Source: Haliotis cracherodii
Lineage: Eukaryota
Assembly (NCBI RefSeq): GCF_022045235.1
Contig: NW_027266266.1
Coordinates: 44,020,001-44,084,000, forward strand
DNA: 64,000 nucleotides
Reading direction: 5' to 3'
The position numbers and the translations under genes are program-made. The first letter of the stretch is position 1. Every line of letters starts with the position of its first letter. Positions 1 to 13,295 of this stretch are shown piece after piece. The notes under the pieces are model-generated. The model had not been told where the DNA came from. It did no database searches and worked only from the letters and a program-made list of their open reading frames with translations.

Positions 1-737
1 AGAGTGGGGGTGATTGTTTTATATGGTCTGAAGTCTTAAAGACAGACAAGATTATTTGGAACCACCAGCTTTACTCTCCCCGACAGGCATGCCCAAAGGA
101 CACAACTCTGCACGGCTAAATTGAAAATACAAAAACTGTGCCACCCATACCACATAGACTCCCTTTACCATCTTTTGGAATCACATGGCCACGAGGGAAC
201 TGAACCACCGACCTTCCACTCTCCCAGTCTTATAAGCAGGTGTGTGAGTGAATGAAAGTTGAACACTGAAGTCAGCAATATTCCAGCATCTCAACAGCAG
301 TAAATAAACAAGTCTGGGACATGGTATATGGACATGGTATATGGACAGGGTATACGGATGAAACACTTCAGATGTTGGTGTTATACTTTGTCAGTGACAA
401 CAGCACTCGTCTCTCCTACAGACACTGAAGAAGAAATATCAAGGGTCCCAAACAAGTCTACAAATCTATGGCAAATCTAGATTTCTCCTGAAAATGAAGA
501 GATTCTCTGGAATCCTTTGTAACATATGTTGCCATGGTTGCAAGACAATTGAAACAAAAAACAAACATAGGACTAAATGTTAGCTGTAGTAAGCACCCTG
601 GGAGCTGGGCAAATTGACAAAGTGGGGTGCTTATTGAAACAAGTTACATTTGTTGTCAGAGACAGAGCGGTGCTTGAAACTTGATAAAAAAGGTAAGGAT
701 TTTCGAAAAATGACTTTGGATCAAGTAAAAGAGATAG

Positions 738-940
738 CTAACCCATGCCCTTACACATAACTAACCCTAAGGATTGTAAAGGGGTGCTTGATCGTAAAGG
801 GGTACCCAACCCTAATGATCGTAAAGGGGTGCTTGATCAGAAAGGGGTACCCAACCCTAATGATCGTAAAGGGGTGTTTGATCAGAAAGGGGTACCCAAC
901 CCTAATGATCGTAAAGGGGTGCTTGATGGGAAAGGGTTAA
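738..940. repeat. 45-bp minisatellite (~3.5 copies), possibly inside a small piggyBac-like MITE
   Basis: Unit gatcgtaaaggggtgcttgatcagaaaggggtacccaaccctaat. Ends ctaaCCC... and ...GGGttaa resemble TTAA-flanked termini (weak). Confidence 0.75.
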
Positions 941-2398
941 ATATAGCGTTGTGGTTAACCTAACCTAGCCTAACACAAACACAACTTGTTCCAAGGATTG
1001 AAGAGAAACACGGAACCTGTGAAGTGAGAGCCACAATCGACAGCCTGAGCCAATTAGCGTTAATTAAGCTGGTCCAGTAGACTGCATTGTTGCAAGTTAC
1101 ACCCGCACCACTGCTGTAATATACACACAACAAAGGACCTGTCATGTAAATCTATTTCGGTATTATCTAGACTTGCTCAGAGCTGGGCACATAGTCAACC
1201 CCAAGTCTGCATACAAATTCACAATTCCTGAGAAAGTATGAAATTTTGAACACTATCACAATTTTCACCCAAATTTGCCTGCCAAGGGCAGCCTGTTTGG
1301 AATTCTAGATAAATCCTTGCTATTATAGGAGCAGAGTGCTTGATACCGCAAATGCAGTACACCACATGACAAATATTATTGAGTACCATGAGACCAAGGT
1401 ATAAAATCACCTACCTTTCACACTGTTCCATGAAGAAGAAAATATCAGGGGCTGTTGTAAGTTGCGTCAGGAGATTGTGTTGGCGGCCACAGAGCCATCT
1501 TGGTGGGGGGGGGGGGTCTGCAACAATGTCCAACACAATGAGCACAAGTGATTCACAGCCAAAGGAAGATGAACCATAATTACTCTACAAATCTTAATGC
1601 TCTGATACCTTGGAAACCAACAGCAAAAAATCAATTTCTTGGAAATTTAGATGTAAAGGTTTCAATAAATGTCACTTTTCCTGGTTCATGATACTGGAAT
1701 AAGTACAGAACTGTTACCATGGTTACAATCAAGTGGTAAGACAATTACACTAATGTCAACAAGGAGGAGGAGGAGGAGGAGGGGGAGGGGGTGGGGGGCT
1801 GGGGGTCGTGTGACATCGGTTTTTCAGGCCTGTACTGCAGCAACGGAATAAAGACAAACAAATGGATGAATGATAGTGCATATTGATTAATGATAATAAA
1901 GTCCAGGTCTTTCGTCGGATGAAATAGGGTAGTGTAGTTGTATACACTTGGAGAGGGCGTGGTCTGTGTGTGAAGGTACGCATTTATCATACAAACAAGA
2001 ATACAGGAAGCACGCTGCCTGCTTGTACGCCACGAAAACACTTGCAACGTGCACCAGAGAGCGGCCAAAACAGGTGACATTTTCTGTGATGAAAGAAGAA
2101 GTTGCAAAATGGCCAAGGGAGGACAGGGTTTGGAACATGCTTCGTCCCTGTTTGACAGAATGGCCGCTCTGTGCAAGAAATAAACGATGTGGAGTGAAAT
2201 ATACGAATGAACTTACCTTCAGATGCATGTGCATAATCGTCCCCTCCGTCGATGGAGATGCGACAAGACCAAGAGAGCAGGCTTGGGTGTGGTGATACCA
2301 GCGACAATCAGACAGGTGCGCGGCCATGGATGTTGGGAACGATCGACGGCCTTTGGCATTTGTGACCTCGCTTGTGATTGGTGCTTTGCCGCTTCCTT

Positions 2399-2627
2399 CC
2401 GGGTGGCTTGGTGCTGGCTGTCTAAACTGCGTTTTTTGGCGGTCGGTGCAATGCCCAGATGCTCTCAGCCGGTGTCTTCCGAGTGGCTTGGTACCGGCTA
2501 ACTAAACTGCGTTTTTTGGTGGTCGGTGCAATGCCCAGATGCTCTCAGCCGGTGTCTTCCGAGTGGCTTGGTGCCGGCTGTCTAAACTGCGTTTTTTGGT
2601 GGTCGGTGCAATGCCCAGATGCTCTCG
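2399..2627. repeat. 80-bp tandem repeat, ~3 copies
   Basis: Unit starts at 2399, 2479 and 2559 (ccgagtggcttggt...gatgctctcagccggtgtctt). Confidence 0.95.
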
Positions 2628-3699
2628 GTGCAACCGGTGAAGTCGCGTGTTGGATTTGTGTGAAAAGTGGAAAGAAGTAGAAAAAATGGAACTACATTTA
2701 TGATGAATAAAAGACATGTATCTTTATTGGTTCCTTCAATAAATAAATAAAGAAATAAAGTACAATGATAAACTTATTTGTTTTACAACAACGGTTTTAA
2801 GCCTTTGATCTGTTTTTGTTTTTCGTGTTTTTTTTCTTGACATTTCAATATACTAAGTTGAACTTTCAAGATAATAACTTGAAATGTCAAGAAAAAAAAC
2901 CCCAAAACAAACAAGGTGAAGGTAAAGTTATAAACAGTTTTAAACCTGAAGACGGTGTGTGAAATGAGTGGTGACAATTGGAAAGAGCATTAAAGCTGCA
3001 CTGAAGGGCAACAAGACGAAATGGCAAGAAAAGCCAAAATTAAATACGCCAGTCACTTGAAAGAAGTAGACTGAATATATTGACTTAAAGAAGTCTATTT
3101 CATTTTTTTTATGAGAAAAATGTGATGAAATGAAAGATAAGATAAGACAAAACAAGACAAGACAAAACAAGATAATTGTGTTGGAAAGCGAAGCCGAAAT
3201 TATAGATGAAAGCGGTTAAAAGCGTGTTTAAAGCGGGGAAGAAGCGGGGTAAAAGCGGGGCCTGGGTAATCGAGGCGAAAGAAGGGAAAGGGAGAAAAGC
3301 GATTAGTCGGTTGGCGAAAAGGGAGCGATTGGATTGGCGAGGGTTGAGGGGTGAGAGTTGAGTTTGGGGTTCATGTAGTATGTAAGAAGTCCCTAAAAAA
3401 AGAGTTCTTACTAAAAAGGGGGTTTGCACCCACTAAAGGGTGCCCCTGGGCCAAAGCGAGAGGTACCAAGAGACTGCGAACAGAACCCGAAGACACAAGA
3501 ACTTCCAAAAGAAGCCCAAGGTAGCCCAAAGTGGATTTACAGACAGGTGTGAATTGTCTGGAAAACACCCTTTCTATTTATAGAGATTCGGATATACCGC
3601 GGGATTAATAAGATGACCGGTGGCCACATTGGCGCTGTGAAATAACCCATTCCAGCTTTTGGGCGTACAGGATCGTTTGTCTGGCCTTACGATGATTTA

Positions 3700-4400
3700 T
3701 CTGCAGGTTATAAGCTCGCAACATCCCCGTTAACCACCAGGGCATGTTTTCTTCCGGGGACCTAAAACTGAATACTATACTAGGTTGCATGATATTTCCA
3801 ATTTTGTAACTACACAAAAGATGCCTAAACCACAAAGACAGATACTATTGATTAATTCGAAAACTGAAAGAGCAACGCTATTCGTGTGGTATGAATAATA
3901 TTTGTGGAATATTATACGTTATATTTATATAAATCTTACCATTTCTCAGCGCACTTTTTGAACTATAAATTAATAATTGCGTGTTATAAACCATTTGATC
4001 ACAAATGTTTTATTTGAGCAGTGTAAAGCTCATGACAATTTAATATGAAAGTGTGCTGTGCTGTGCAGAAGGCAAGAATAGCGCTGGTTTGTGGGATGTC
4101 AATGCATTGGCAGCGCCAGACGTTGTATAAATGTATTACCTAGCTGATTATATACTGACACACATCTCAGAATGTCGCCTTGAAACACTTTGCGCAGTCT
4201 TTCTCAGTATTTAACTTGTCATAATGGAAGAGGTGATTAAAACTCGTATAGTATGGGTAGGAGAGGAGAGGAGAGGCTGAATGGCCGTTTTGAATGTTGC
4301 ACAATGTTGCACAATGTTGCACGTGAAATACATGGTATGATAGCAACTAAAGTTAGATCTATTATTCAGATGATTGTAAGCTGGGAAAGGTACAAGTGTA
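3700..4400. mobile_element. Unclassified interspersed element 'Y', copy 1
   Basis: Colinear similarity to 14655-15410 (cctaaaccacaaagaca, catttctcagcgca, gaggtga.taaaactc.tat, gaatggccgttttg, atacatggtat.atagc). Confidence 0.7.
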
Positions 4401-4436
4401 TTGGCCCATCACATCAATACGCTCCACCCACCAACT

Positions 4437-5440
4437 GATTTTGGTATTTGTGTTGATGATATTGCTATTGCAGCCTTAGCATATGCTGATGATCTGATTT
4501 TGCTTGCAGGCAGATGATTTGAATCGTCTTTTACATGTTTTGAATACTTGGTGTGTAGGCAACAGTGTACTCATTAATAAGGACAAATCCAAGATTGTAC
4601 ACATTAGAAATGTAAGCGTTCCAAGGACAACAGCTTGTTTTAATATTGGTAACTCTGTTTTAGATATTGGTAACTCTGTTTTAGATATTGTTACTTGTTA
4701 GAATTATCCTTGCCCACTGCTCATGGAACATCTGGACTACAATGCTATGGCGAAAGCAGCAGCTAAATCGGCTAACAGGGCATTGGCTCTTCTTGTATGT
4801 AAATATATGCAATCCACGACGTATTCCAAATTGTAGGATACGATGGTTTGCCCAGTCTTGAGTAATGGGGCATCTATCTGGGGCCATGGTGACATTTCTG
4901 CTGTAAATGCCCTTCAAAAAAATACGCTCCAAATGTTGCTGTTAATGGAGATATGGGATGGATTCCTCCGATAGTTAGACAGTGGATGTGGATTGTTAGA
5001 CAGTATTGTAGTTTTACTAAAATGTCCTTCAGATTAAATAAGTATGTTTTTAGGTGGTCTGAATGGTATGCTGGTGGACCCGTGAAAAACTGGAACTTTA
5101 GTGTGAGGGCAAAGCTGAACGAATGGGGTCTGAATATTTCTGAGAATGTAAGCGTGAAAAGTGTAGTTGAATGTGTGCATGATATCTACATGGGAAAGTA
5201 TGTGTCTGAGTGGAATGAACTGTTATGCAAGCCAGGCGGAAGAACGGGCGGTAATAAATTACGCGCCTATAGAATTTTTAAAGATAGGGTGTGAAAGTTA
5301 TGTAAGTATTTTTATGCCTCGTTCTTACCGCTCTGCCCTCTCCAAATTTAGATCAGGTACTGCTCCTGTAAAGTTGGAAACAGGCAGATTAGGAATACAT
5401 TAGGAATGTGATTGAAAGAGTGTGTTTTCAGTGTAAGGAA
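4437..5440 (+). mobile_element. Decayed non-LTR retrotransposon, RT C-terminal half (CR1/RTE-group, RTEX-like)
   Basis: LAYADDLILLA, LNTWC...INKDKSKIVH, GDMGWIP, NKLRAYRIFK and RSALSKFRSGTAPVKLETGR across frameshifts. Confidence 0.85.
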
Positions 5441-5553
5441 AGTTACGTAATACTGATAAACTTATTTCATTTTTAAGTATTATATATATACACTGAGCGC
5501 CCATGTCACACTTTGTAATCATGCATATGTGCTGTTTGTTCTTTAGTTCTTTA

Positions 5554-5686
5554 CGCTCGTCACGCCGAAGACCCGGGTTCGATTCCCGACATGGGTACAA
5601 TGTGTGAAGCCCATTTCTGGTGTCCCCCGCCGTGATATTGCTGGAATATTGCTAAAAGCGGCGTAAAACAATACTCAGTCAGTCAG
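5554..5686 (+). mobile_element. tRNA-derived SINE family 1, 5'-truncated
   Basis: B box ggttcgattcc, tail ggcgtaaaac+(cagt)n, 14-bp TSD tctttagttcttta at 5540-5553 and 5687-5700. Confidence 0.93.
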
Positions 5687-5708
5687 TCTTTAGTTCTTTA
5701 AGGGTCAC

Positions 5709-7045
5709 ACCGGAAGTGGACATCAGGAACTGGAACCGGAAATCAGCCACACCGGAACCGGAAATCATGCAAACCTGAAAAATACGCACCGGAACTAGAC
5801 ATCAGCCAAACCGGAACCGGAAATGATCCAAACCGGAAATTGTGCAAACCGGAAATCATGCGAACCGGATGTCGACATCAGCCACACCGGAACCGGAAAT
5901 CATGCAAACCGGAACCGGAAATCATGCAACCGGAAGTAGACACCAGTCGCACCGGAACCGGAAACCATGCTAATCGGATGTCGACATCAGGCACACCGGA
6001 ACCGGAAATCATGCAACACCGGAAGTAGACACCAGCCGCACCGGAACCGGAAATCATGCAAACCGGAACCGGAAATCATGCGAACCGGATGTCGACATCA
6101 GTCACACCGGAACCGGAAATCATGCAAACCGGAAATCATGCAACCGGAAGTAGACACCAGCCGCACCGGAACCGGAAACCAGCCGCACCGGAACCGGAAA
6201 TCATGCGAACCGGATGTCGACATCAGCCACACCGGAACCGGAAATCATGCAACACCGGAAGTAGACACCAGCCGCACCGGAAATCATGCAACACCGGAAG
6301 TAGACACCAGCCGCACCGGAACCGGAAATCATGCAAACCGGAACCGGAAATCATGCAAACCGGATGTCGACATCAGCCGCACCGGAACCGGAAATCATGC
6401 AAACTGGATGTCGACATCAGCCACACCGGAACCGGAAATCATGCAACACCGGAAGTAGACACCAGCCGCACCGGAAATCATGCAACACCGGAAGTAGACA
6501 CCAGCCGCACCGGAACCGGAAATCATGCAAACCGGAACCGGAAATCATGCAACACCGGAAGTAGACACCAGCCTCACCGGAAATCACACAACACCGGAAG
6601 TAGACACCAGCCGCACCGGAACCGGAAATTATGCAAACTGGAACCGGAAATCATGCAAACCGGAACCGGAAATCATGCAAACCGGAACCGGAAATCATGC
6701 AAACCGGATGTCGACATCAGCCACACCGGAACCGGAAATCATGCAACACCGGAAGTAGACACCAGCCGCACCGGAAATCATGCAACACCGGAAGTAGACA
6801 CCAGCCGCACCGGAACCGGAAATTATGCAAACTGGAACCGGAAATCATGCAAACCGGAACCGGAAATCATGCGAACCGGATGTTGACATCAGCCACACCG
6901 GACCCGGAAATCATGCAAACCGGAACCGGAAATCATGCAAGTAGACACCAGCCGCACCGGAACCGGAAATCATGCAAAACTGGAACCAGAAATCATGCGA
7001 ACTGGAAATCATGCAAACTGGACGTCGACATCAGCCATATCGGAG
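5709..7045. repeat. Modular ACCGGAA-rich minisatellite
   Basis: Shuffled words accggaa, atcatgcaa(a/c), gtagacaccagccgc and tgtcgacatcagccac. The overlapping ORFs here are repeat artefacts. Confidence 0.95.
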
Positions 7046-8109
7046 TGAGGGGTGTTTTATGTCTCAGTCAGCACTAGTTAAGCTCTACATGGTCAGACCA
7101 ACCAGCGGTCGATGGCATGAGCAGCAATTCACCTGGGTCCCATGCCGACAGACGGTGACTTAAACTTTCATTACCTGATTCACATACACCATTAGCCTGG
7201 CATTTGACCTGAAGCTATATGAACCTCTCTGAAGACATGCAGCTTTACTCTAACTCTAACTCTACCCTTCCTATGGTGTATCAGGTCGCTGCACCTACGT
7301 GTTTACATCAAAAATATATTTGGAGATATAAATAATTGTATTTAGAAATAGGTGACATTTTAAAATGGACAATTCCAGTGTAGTTCAAGCAATTAGCCTT
7401 GAATTACCCATTCCATCCACAATCACATTGACAAAGACTGGTACAGTGCTTGCTGAACATGCCACCATAGCCCCTTTTCCCAATAGGATCACTTCAACTT
7501 TAATAAACAAATAATAATAATAATAATAATAAATATTTTTCTTAAATCCTAAAAAAGAAGTTTCTGGATATGTGGTGTCTGGGATCCGGATAAGCAAGTT
7601 CCACTGTACTCACTGACTAAAAACATGCAGTTAAAATATTGGACATTAAAATTGTCCCAATACCTATGTATGGTACCATAGTGAAGTATGGGGAATCAAA
7701 GAAATAGTAAAGATAGAAATTGTACATAGGTAATATTGTAAGTTTATTCTAAATGGTGGTAAATCAATGTGAATTACAATTTAACATCGCCTGCCGAATC
7801 TGCCGAATGTGCCGAATGTGATTCATCTCTATCTAATGTTAAATATTATGCAAATTGAAATATTATACAAATTGTAAACTACTCTTTAAACTTAATGCCT
7901 ACTTCATATACCCCTACAGAGAGTTTTTACTCGAAGGTTTCTATTTTAATTGGGTTATTACATTTTTCATTGGGTGACCAATATGTTTTCACTCACCTAT
8001 TCATCACTCTAGTTGGGTTTTCCCAAACTGAGTAAACATTTTAAGATTTCAAATAATGCTTTCGTTCCAGAAAAAAGGCTGTATTCCAACTGTATTTCAG
8101 TATATCAAG

Positions 8110-8320
8110 TAGGCCAGTGCCATGTGTACAGCTGATAAACATTTCTGTATGAATGTTGTGTTATTTGGGTTGCATTGGAACTTGCAGGGATTGACAAGTA
8201 CTTGCATAAAAAACCCACCACCATGTTTCGAAATGATATGCTGAGCAGCTCGGACCACACCAAATGCATTATTGTACTCAGGAGGTGATTCACCTGATTC
8301 ATTTAGTCACTTGGGATAAT
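8110..8320 (-). mobile_element. hAT transposase C-terminal dimerisation domain remnant
   Basis: FRNM...KYLSIPASS followed (frameshifted) by KCLSAVHMALAYL resembles hAT FP.L..LA.KYLSIPATS...R.CLS..HV..L.FL. Short GCCGAAT subterminal-like repeats lie at 7793-7818. Confidence 0.5.
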
Positions 8321-8998
8321 CTGAAACAAAATAACAAAATAACAAAACAAAAGCCGTTGTGTCTATAATACTGGATTTATGAATGTTACTGGTTCCACAG
8401 TAAGTCCACACATTGGTTTATTTCAATTTCGTTTAATAAATGCAACAAAACTGCAGCTCATGAAAAGTGTTTCACCCTTATTTTAAAAAGATAATTTCCA
8501 TTCAGAGACAACGCCAGTGTGTCGTTTTTTTACATACCTACTTGGTGAGGTCATGTTCATCATATACCATATTGTCAGGGTTTTACTTTGACTCACAATA
8601 ATTAATTTTAAGGGTCCTCGCAGACAATATGAGGCCTGTAAAGTGACGAAATGGTCATACTAGAGCATACTATACCCTTACATACTTTTTTTACACTGTA
8701 AATTATGTTTTCAGAATTTAACCACATACCACATGTTTAGATCAAAACAACAGCAGCAACAACAAAGGTCTACGTTGCACAGTTGGTAGCCTGAAGGTCA
8801 ACAAACGAAAAGGGTGCAGGTCGGTATCGCCGAGGTTTAAAAACATTTGTATTCATAAATGTGTCGTTGACATATTACTAATCGCATTTCTCACAAGCAG
8901 GAAGCTGACAATGAGAGAAAATATGATTGCCACAATAGTCACAGGACATATTTTAGTTAAGGACTAAACATGTCATTATGGGACAAGGAACATGTTCC

Positions 8999-9137
8999 NN
9001 NNNNNNNNNNNNNNNNNNNNNNNNNNNNNNNNNNNNNNNNNNNNNNNNNNNNNNNNNNNNNNNNNNNNNNNNNNNNNNNNNNNNNNNNNNNNNNNNNNNN
9101 NNNNNNNNNNNNNNNNNNNNNNNNNNNNNNNNNNNNN
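8999..9137. other. Assembly gap (N run)
   Basis: 139 consecutive N. Confidence 1.
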
Positions 9138-9283
9138 TTACGCCGGTTTAAAAAATATTCCAGGAAAATTCACGGCGGGGGACACCAGAAATGGGCTTCA
9201 CACATTGTACCCATGTCAGGAATCGAACCCGGGTCTTCGGCGTGACAAGCGAACGCTTCAACCACTAGGCTACCCGACTGCCA
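9138..9283 (-). mobile_element. tRNA-derived SINE family 1, running into the gap
   Basis: Reverse complement of the 44260-44425 element. Confidence 0.92.
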
Positions 9284-10771
9284 CTGTTTATAATACAACC
9301 AGCCCGAGAAATTGGATAAAATACTCTTGCATGTCCCCATACTCTCCATATAAAATTCTGGAACTCAATTTTGTAAAAGCGGTTCAGACCTTCTAATCCC
9401 ATGTCTTCTGCCATGTTTCAGCACAAGCCTGTTTCATCATTAAAATCTGATACTGGTCACCGGCCAGTTACGGCCATTTTTTCAAGCTATTTCTGACATA
9501 TTCCGTGTACAAAGTTGACTGTACCAATAACTTTAATTTTTGTGAAATTATGAGAAAATGCGCTTATTTCTGGCCGTGAAATAAGATTTGTTATAACACG
9601 ACGACGGGGAATCAAAACAGTGGAAATAGTCGACTTACTGTACCAGTTATCGCCATGGTCTTGACATCACCTGTCATGTGATCAATACAAATTACATTTT
9701 TTAGAATCTCTGGTATCGCATTTATATTTTTTATTCATCAAAATGAATAAGAAATGCTATTATCAATGTGTCGTCTGAAACTGACAAAGACCAATATTAC
9801 CCAAATTTGATTATTATGAGGCAGTGCATTTTTGGAAATATAGCTCAGATTAGGTTTCATATTTGTATTTTGGGGAAGAAATGACCGACAGATAGAAAGC
9901 TATGACAGACAGATAGAAAGCTATGACAGAGCTGAAAGTGCATCATCATGTTTGATTTATATTTTCTCGTGAATTAGTCACGTGACACCGCCCGCTTGTC
10001 TTTTCTAAAGTTGTATTTGAGCAAGGTGGTTGTCGTTGGGTTGGGTTTTTTAAAAACTATTTTCTCACAAGAGTTCGTTTTGTACATCATTTTCGAAAAA
10101 AATATTTTCTCTCTTCTAATGAAAACGAGAAAATGTAAAATGATATGCATGCGCGCTATAATGGAAGCTGGTCATCATTGGTCCGCGGCGATAACTGGTC
10201 GCTCGCCAGTATAGATTTTGTAACTTCTTTTGAACTTAAAATATAAGTATGGTAAAACGAGATATTAAAACTATGGTCAAATATATGTCAAACCTTTAAT
10301 ACCTACAAATCACAGGTTTTTTTAAAAATGTTATTGAATTAGGCCCAGTATAACTTACAGATATTTGCATTCACGACTACCTCAATCATAAAGTTTTTGC
10401 TTTGACGGATCGGCAAGATGAGACAGGCCACCCAGTATGTGGTTGGTCAAATGTTTGACATGCGCGGGTCTTTTGCCTCCCTGTAACACCTTGGTAGATC
10501 TCACGGGGAAGAGTTCATCATTACACATCGCCTCGCCTCGCCTCGCCTCCAATCACAAAAAACTACACCAGTTAGGTCGTGGAAAATTGTTTTAACCTGT
10601 GTTTGGATAACCATTGAATTACTTTACATCATACAGAGAATTCAGTTTTAAGGAACCAAAACGACAATGTGGCAATTCGCTGGTGAGCGGAATTGGACTG
10701 TGAAAACAAGATGTCTAATTAGGAGATAAACCTACTGTGTTTTGAAATTTGATGTTGTCCCACTGCTGGAG

Positions 10772-10837
<66 letters not shown>
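10772..10837. repeat. (TAGA)n microsatellite
   Basis: Perfect tetranucleotide run. Confidence 0.99.
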
Positions 10838-11950
10838 CCTCTTATTTCAATTTGGAACCGCTCGCTCTAACAAATAAGTTTGTATTCATTTCGTTGAATA
10901 AGTCAGTTTTCATGTGATATTCAATAAAATGTAACTGTTAAAACTTCCTATCATCTTAAAAAATAATTGCTAATTCAATACAGAACTTTGGTGTCTGAAC
11001 ATTTGAATAAATATTAATATTATTTGTCGCAAACACTATTAGTCTATTACAACGTGACTGTTTAACATCTTTCATCATAACTTCAACATTTCTATCGAAT
11101 GTTTTCTTATTACATAAATAAGTCAAGTTAACAAGAACAGTTTTATTGAGATATCATTGGTAATATATGTAACTGGTAACTAGTTTTGAAGTAATGAATC
11201 GTTGTACATCAGATAATAGTCTTATACATTATACAAACAAGTTATCTTCACAAGAACTTTCAAAATAATTATTTATTACCTCTAAAATGTTGTACATTTC
11301 AAACAATTCATATTTTAATTGTAAGAGGATTGCCAGGTGATGACCTGATCAAATCACGATTTATTATTACAGGTATGAGCGGAATTGGTAGCAACTAAGG
11401 CATTTCCAGTTACACGACCACCTGGATTACCTGCCCTTTAAAGCTATTTATAGATGAGGCTTCATGTTAAGGACTGGTGACGTTGAGTCAGGACCTCGTC
11501 TTTCAAGTATTGTGCTCCCTTCTGCTTGTGTCTCACATGACGTCCGGAAGTGAGTGGAATGACCCGGATGGACTCTATAGAAAACTTACAGCCACAATTG
11601 AAAGCTATGACACCGGACCAAAATGCAAAAAATTAAAGGCCGCACTCAGCAACATCCCAAACCTGTGTAAATGATCGCATCTGGACCAGACAATCCAGTG
11701 ACTGATATTTCCAGAAACGATCCACGCTTTTGAGAGTACAACAGGCTGTCAACCTACTACTAGAGAACATGTCCTGAATACACGGACTTTAAACATGCTT
11801 GATGACTAAAACACTATTTATTTTTACTGAAATAAGACCCACAAACAATTAACACGTTTATCTATAAAGAAAAGTAAATAATTTATACATTCGATGGTGT
11901 GTGTGTTCTTGCAGACATGTACCGAAAGTTATATTTTTATAGCTAATTCA

Positions 11951-12178
11951 GGTTGGTATGGTTGTTTTTCAACGCCACACTTTGTAATATTTCAGCTATA
12001 TGACGGCCATATGTAAATAATCGAATCTGGATCAGACAATCCAGTGATCGACACTATGATCATTGATCCACTTAATTGAGATACAAGGGCATGCAATCAA
12101 CCAAGTCACTGAGCCTGACCCCCTGATCCCTCAAGACAAGCATGGGTTGCTGGGGACCTATATTCTTCCCTGGAACCC
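11951..12178 (-). mobile_element. Short retroposon family 2 (non-tRNA head)
   Basis: Reverse-complement match to 23126-23378. Confidence 0.85.
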
Positions 12179-13086
12179 CCACTAGCTTCCGGTAGTTATA
12201 ACACTGATATAAATAAAAATGTAACTATTCAGATATCTTACACACACAATATCAAAACACAACCACACCCGCAATTTGGACAGTTTTCAAGACTTTGTTC
12301 AAATGCATACAGTGTTACAAGGGTTATCAATGCATGGGTTTATCTGATATTGACACTGTTAGCCACTGTGGACCATGCCATGTTTTACATGCCACGTGCA
12401 GGGGTGCAGGCATGACAAGCGGCAGACAGGGTTGAAACAAACGTGACGATGAAAATTACGTGTCAAACAGACATCACATTCCACTGACCATATGCTGTTC
12501 ACTGCCATACAAACACCGATATTGACTAGACCCCAGAGAGCACTATCATATTGAACACTTAAAGAACACAACTAATGTTATTTGATAACATGTGAGTAAA
12601 TACTTCATGGACACAAAACATTTCTGGAGCACTGATCTAAAACCTACTGTCAAACTTAAATATAATTAACTTGTAAAATTGTTCAATATTTAGTGATTTT
12701 GGTGTTCGGCAGATACCATTACATGTTGCTATACAGTTTGTTGCAATACTTGGTTAAATACACACGAGGCCACAGGTATAATTATACATTAACTGTCGTT
12801 CACCTTGTGTTGATCATTACCTGAGCGTATCAAGACAATGGCAAACCTGCAAGAAGAACCACCGACCAGAGACCTATTATATAAAAAAGTGGAGAACTAT
12901 TGTCCATAAGAGACGGTGTTATCATAGTTATTAGAAATACCATCACTTGACAAATACAGGATAATTGAATTAAGATAAGCACGGCAATTCCAGTGTACCT
13001 TTCAAAACCAATAATGTAAACATAAGGTATTTTCATTTTCATTTGGCCAACATGGGCCGATCATTTGATATTTTCTGGAGTGTTGA

Positions 13087-13295
13087 TACAGATACATGGA
13101 CGTGAGGGGCGGGTCGGGTACAGATACATGGTGATGAGGGGTGGGTGGGTGGGTACAGATACATGGTGGTGAGGGGTGGGTGGGTAGGAACAGATACATG
13201 GTGGTGAGGGGTGGGTGGGTGGGTGGGTGGGTAGGAACAGATACATGGTGGTGAGAAGTGGGTGGGTACAGATACATGGTGGTGAGGGGTGGGGT
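13087..13295 (+). repeat. G-rich minisatellite (cagatacatggtggtgaggggtgggtgggt)
   Basis: About 6 variable units with GGGT runs. Confidence 0.9.

Noticed and set aside
5840-7163. Long ORFs (up to 276 aa) of PEPEIMQ/HQPHRNRK repeats
   Set aside because: All three frames are open because the repeat words lack stops, and the frame shifts between modules; a minisatellite artefact.
8970-9396. ORFs spanning the N run
   Set aside because: Artefacts of the gap plus antisense SINE sequence.
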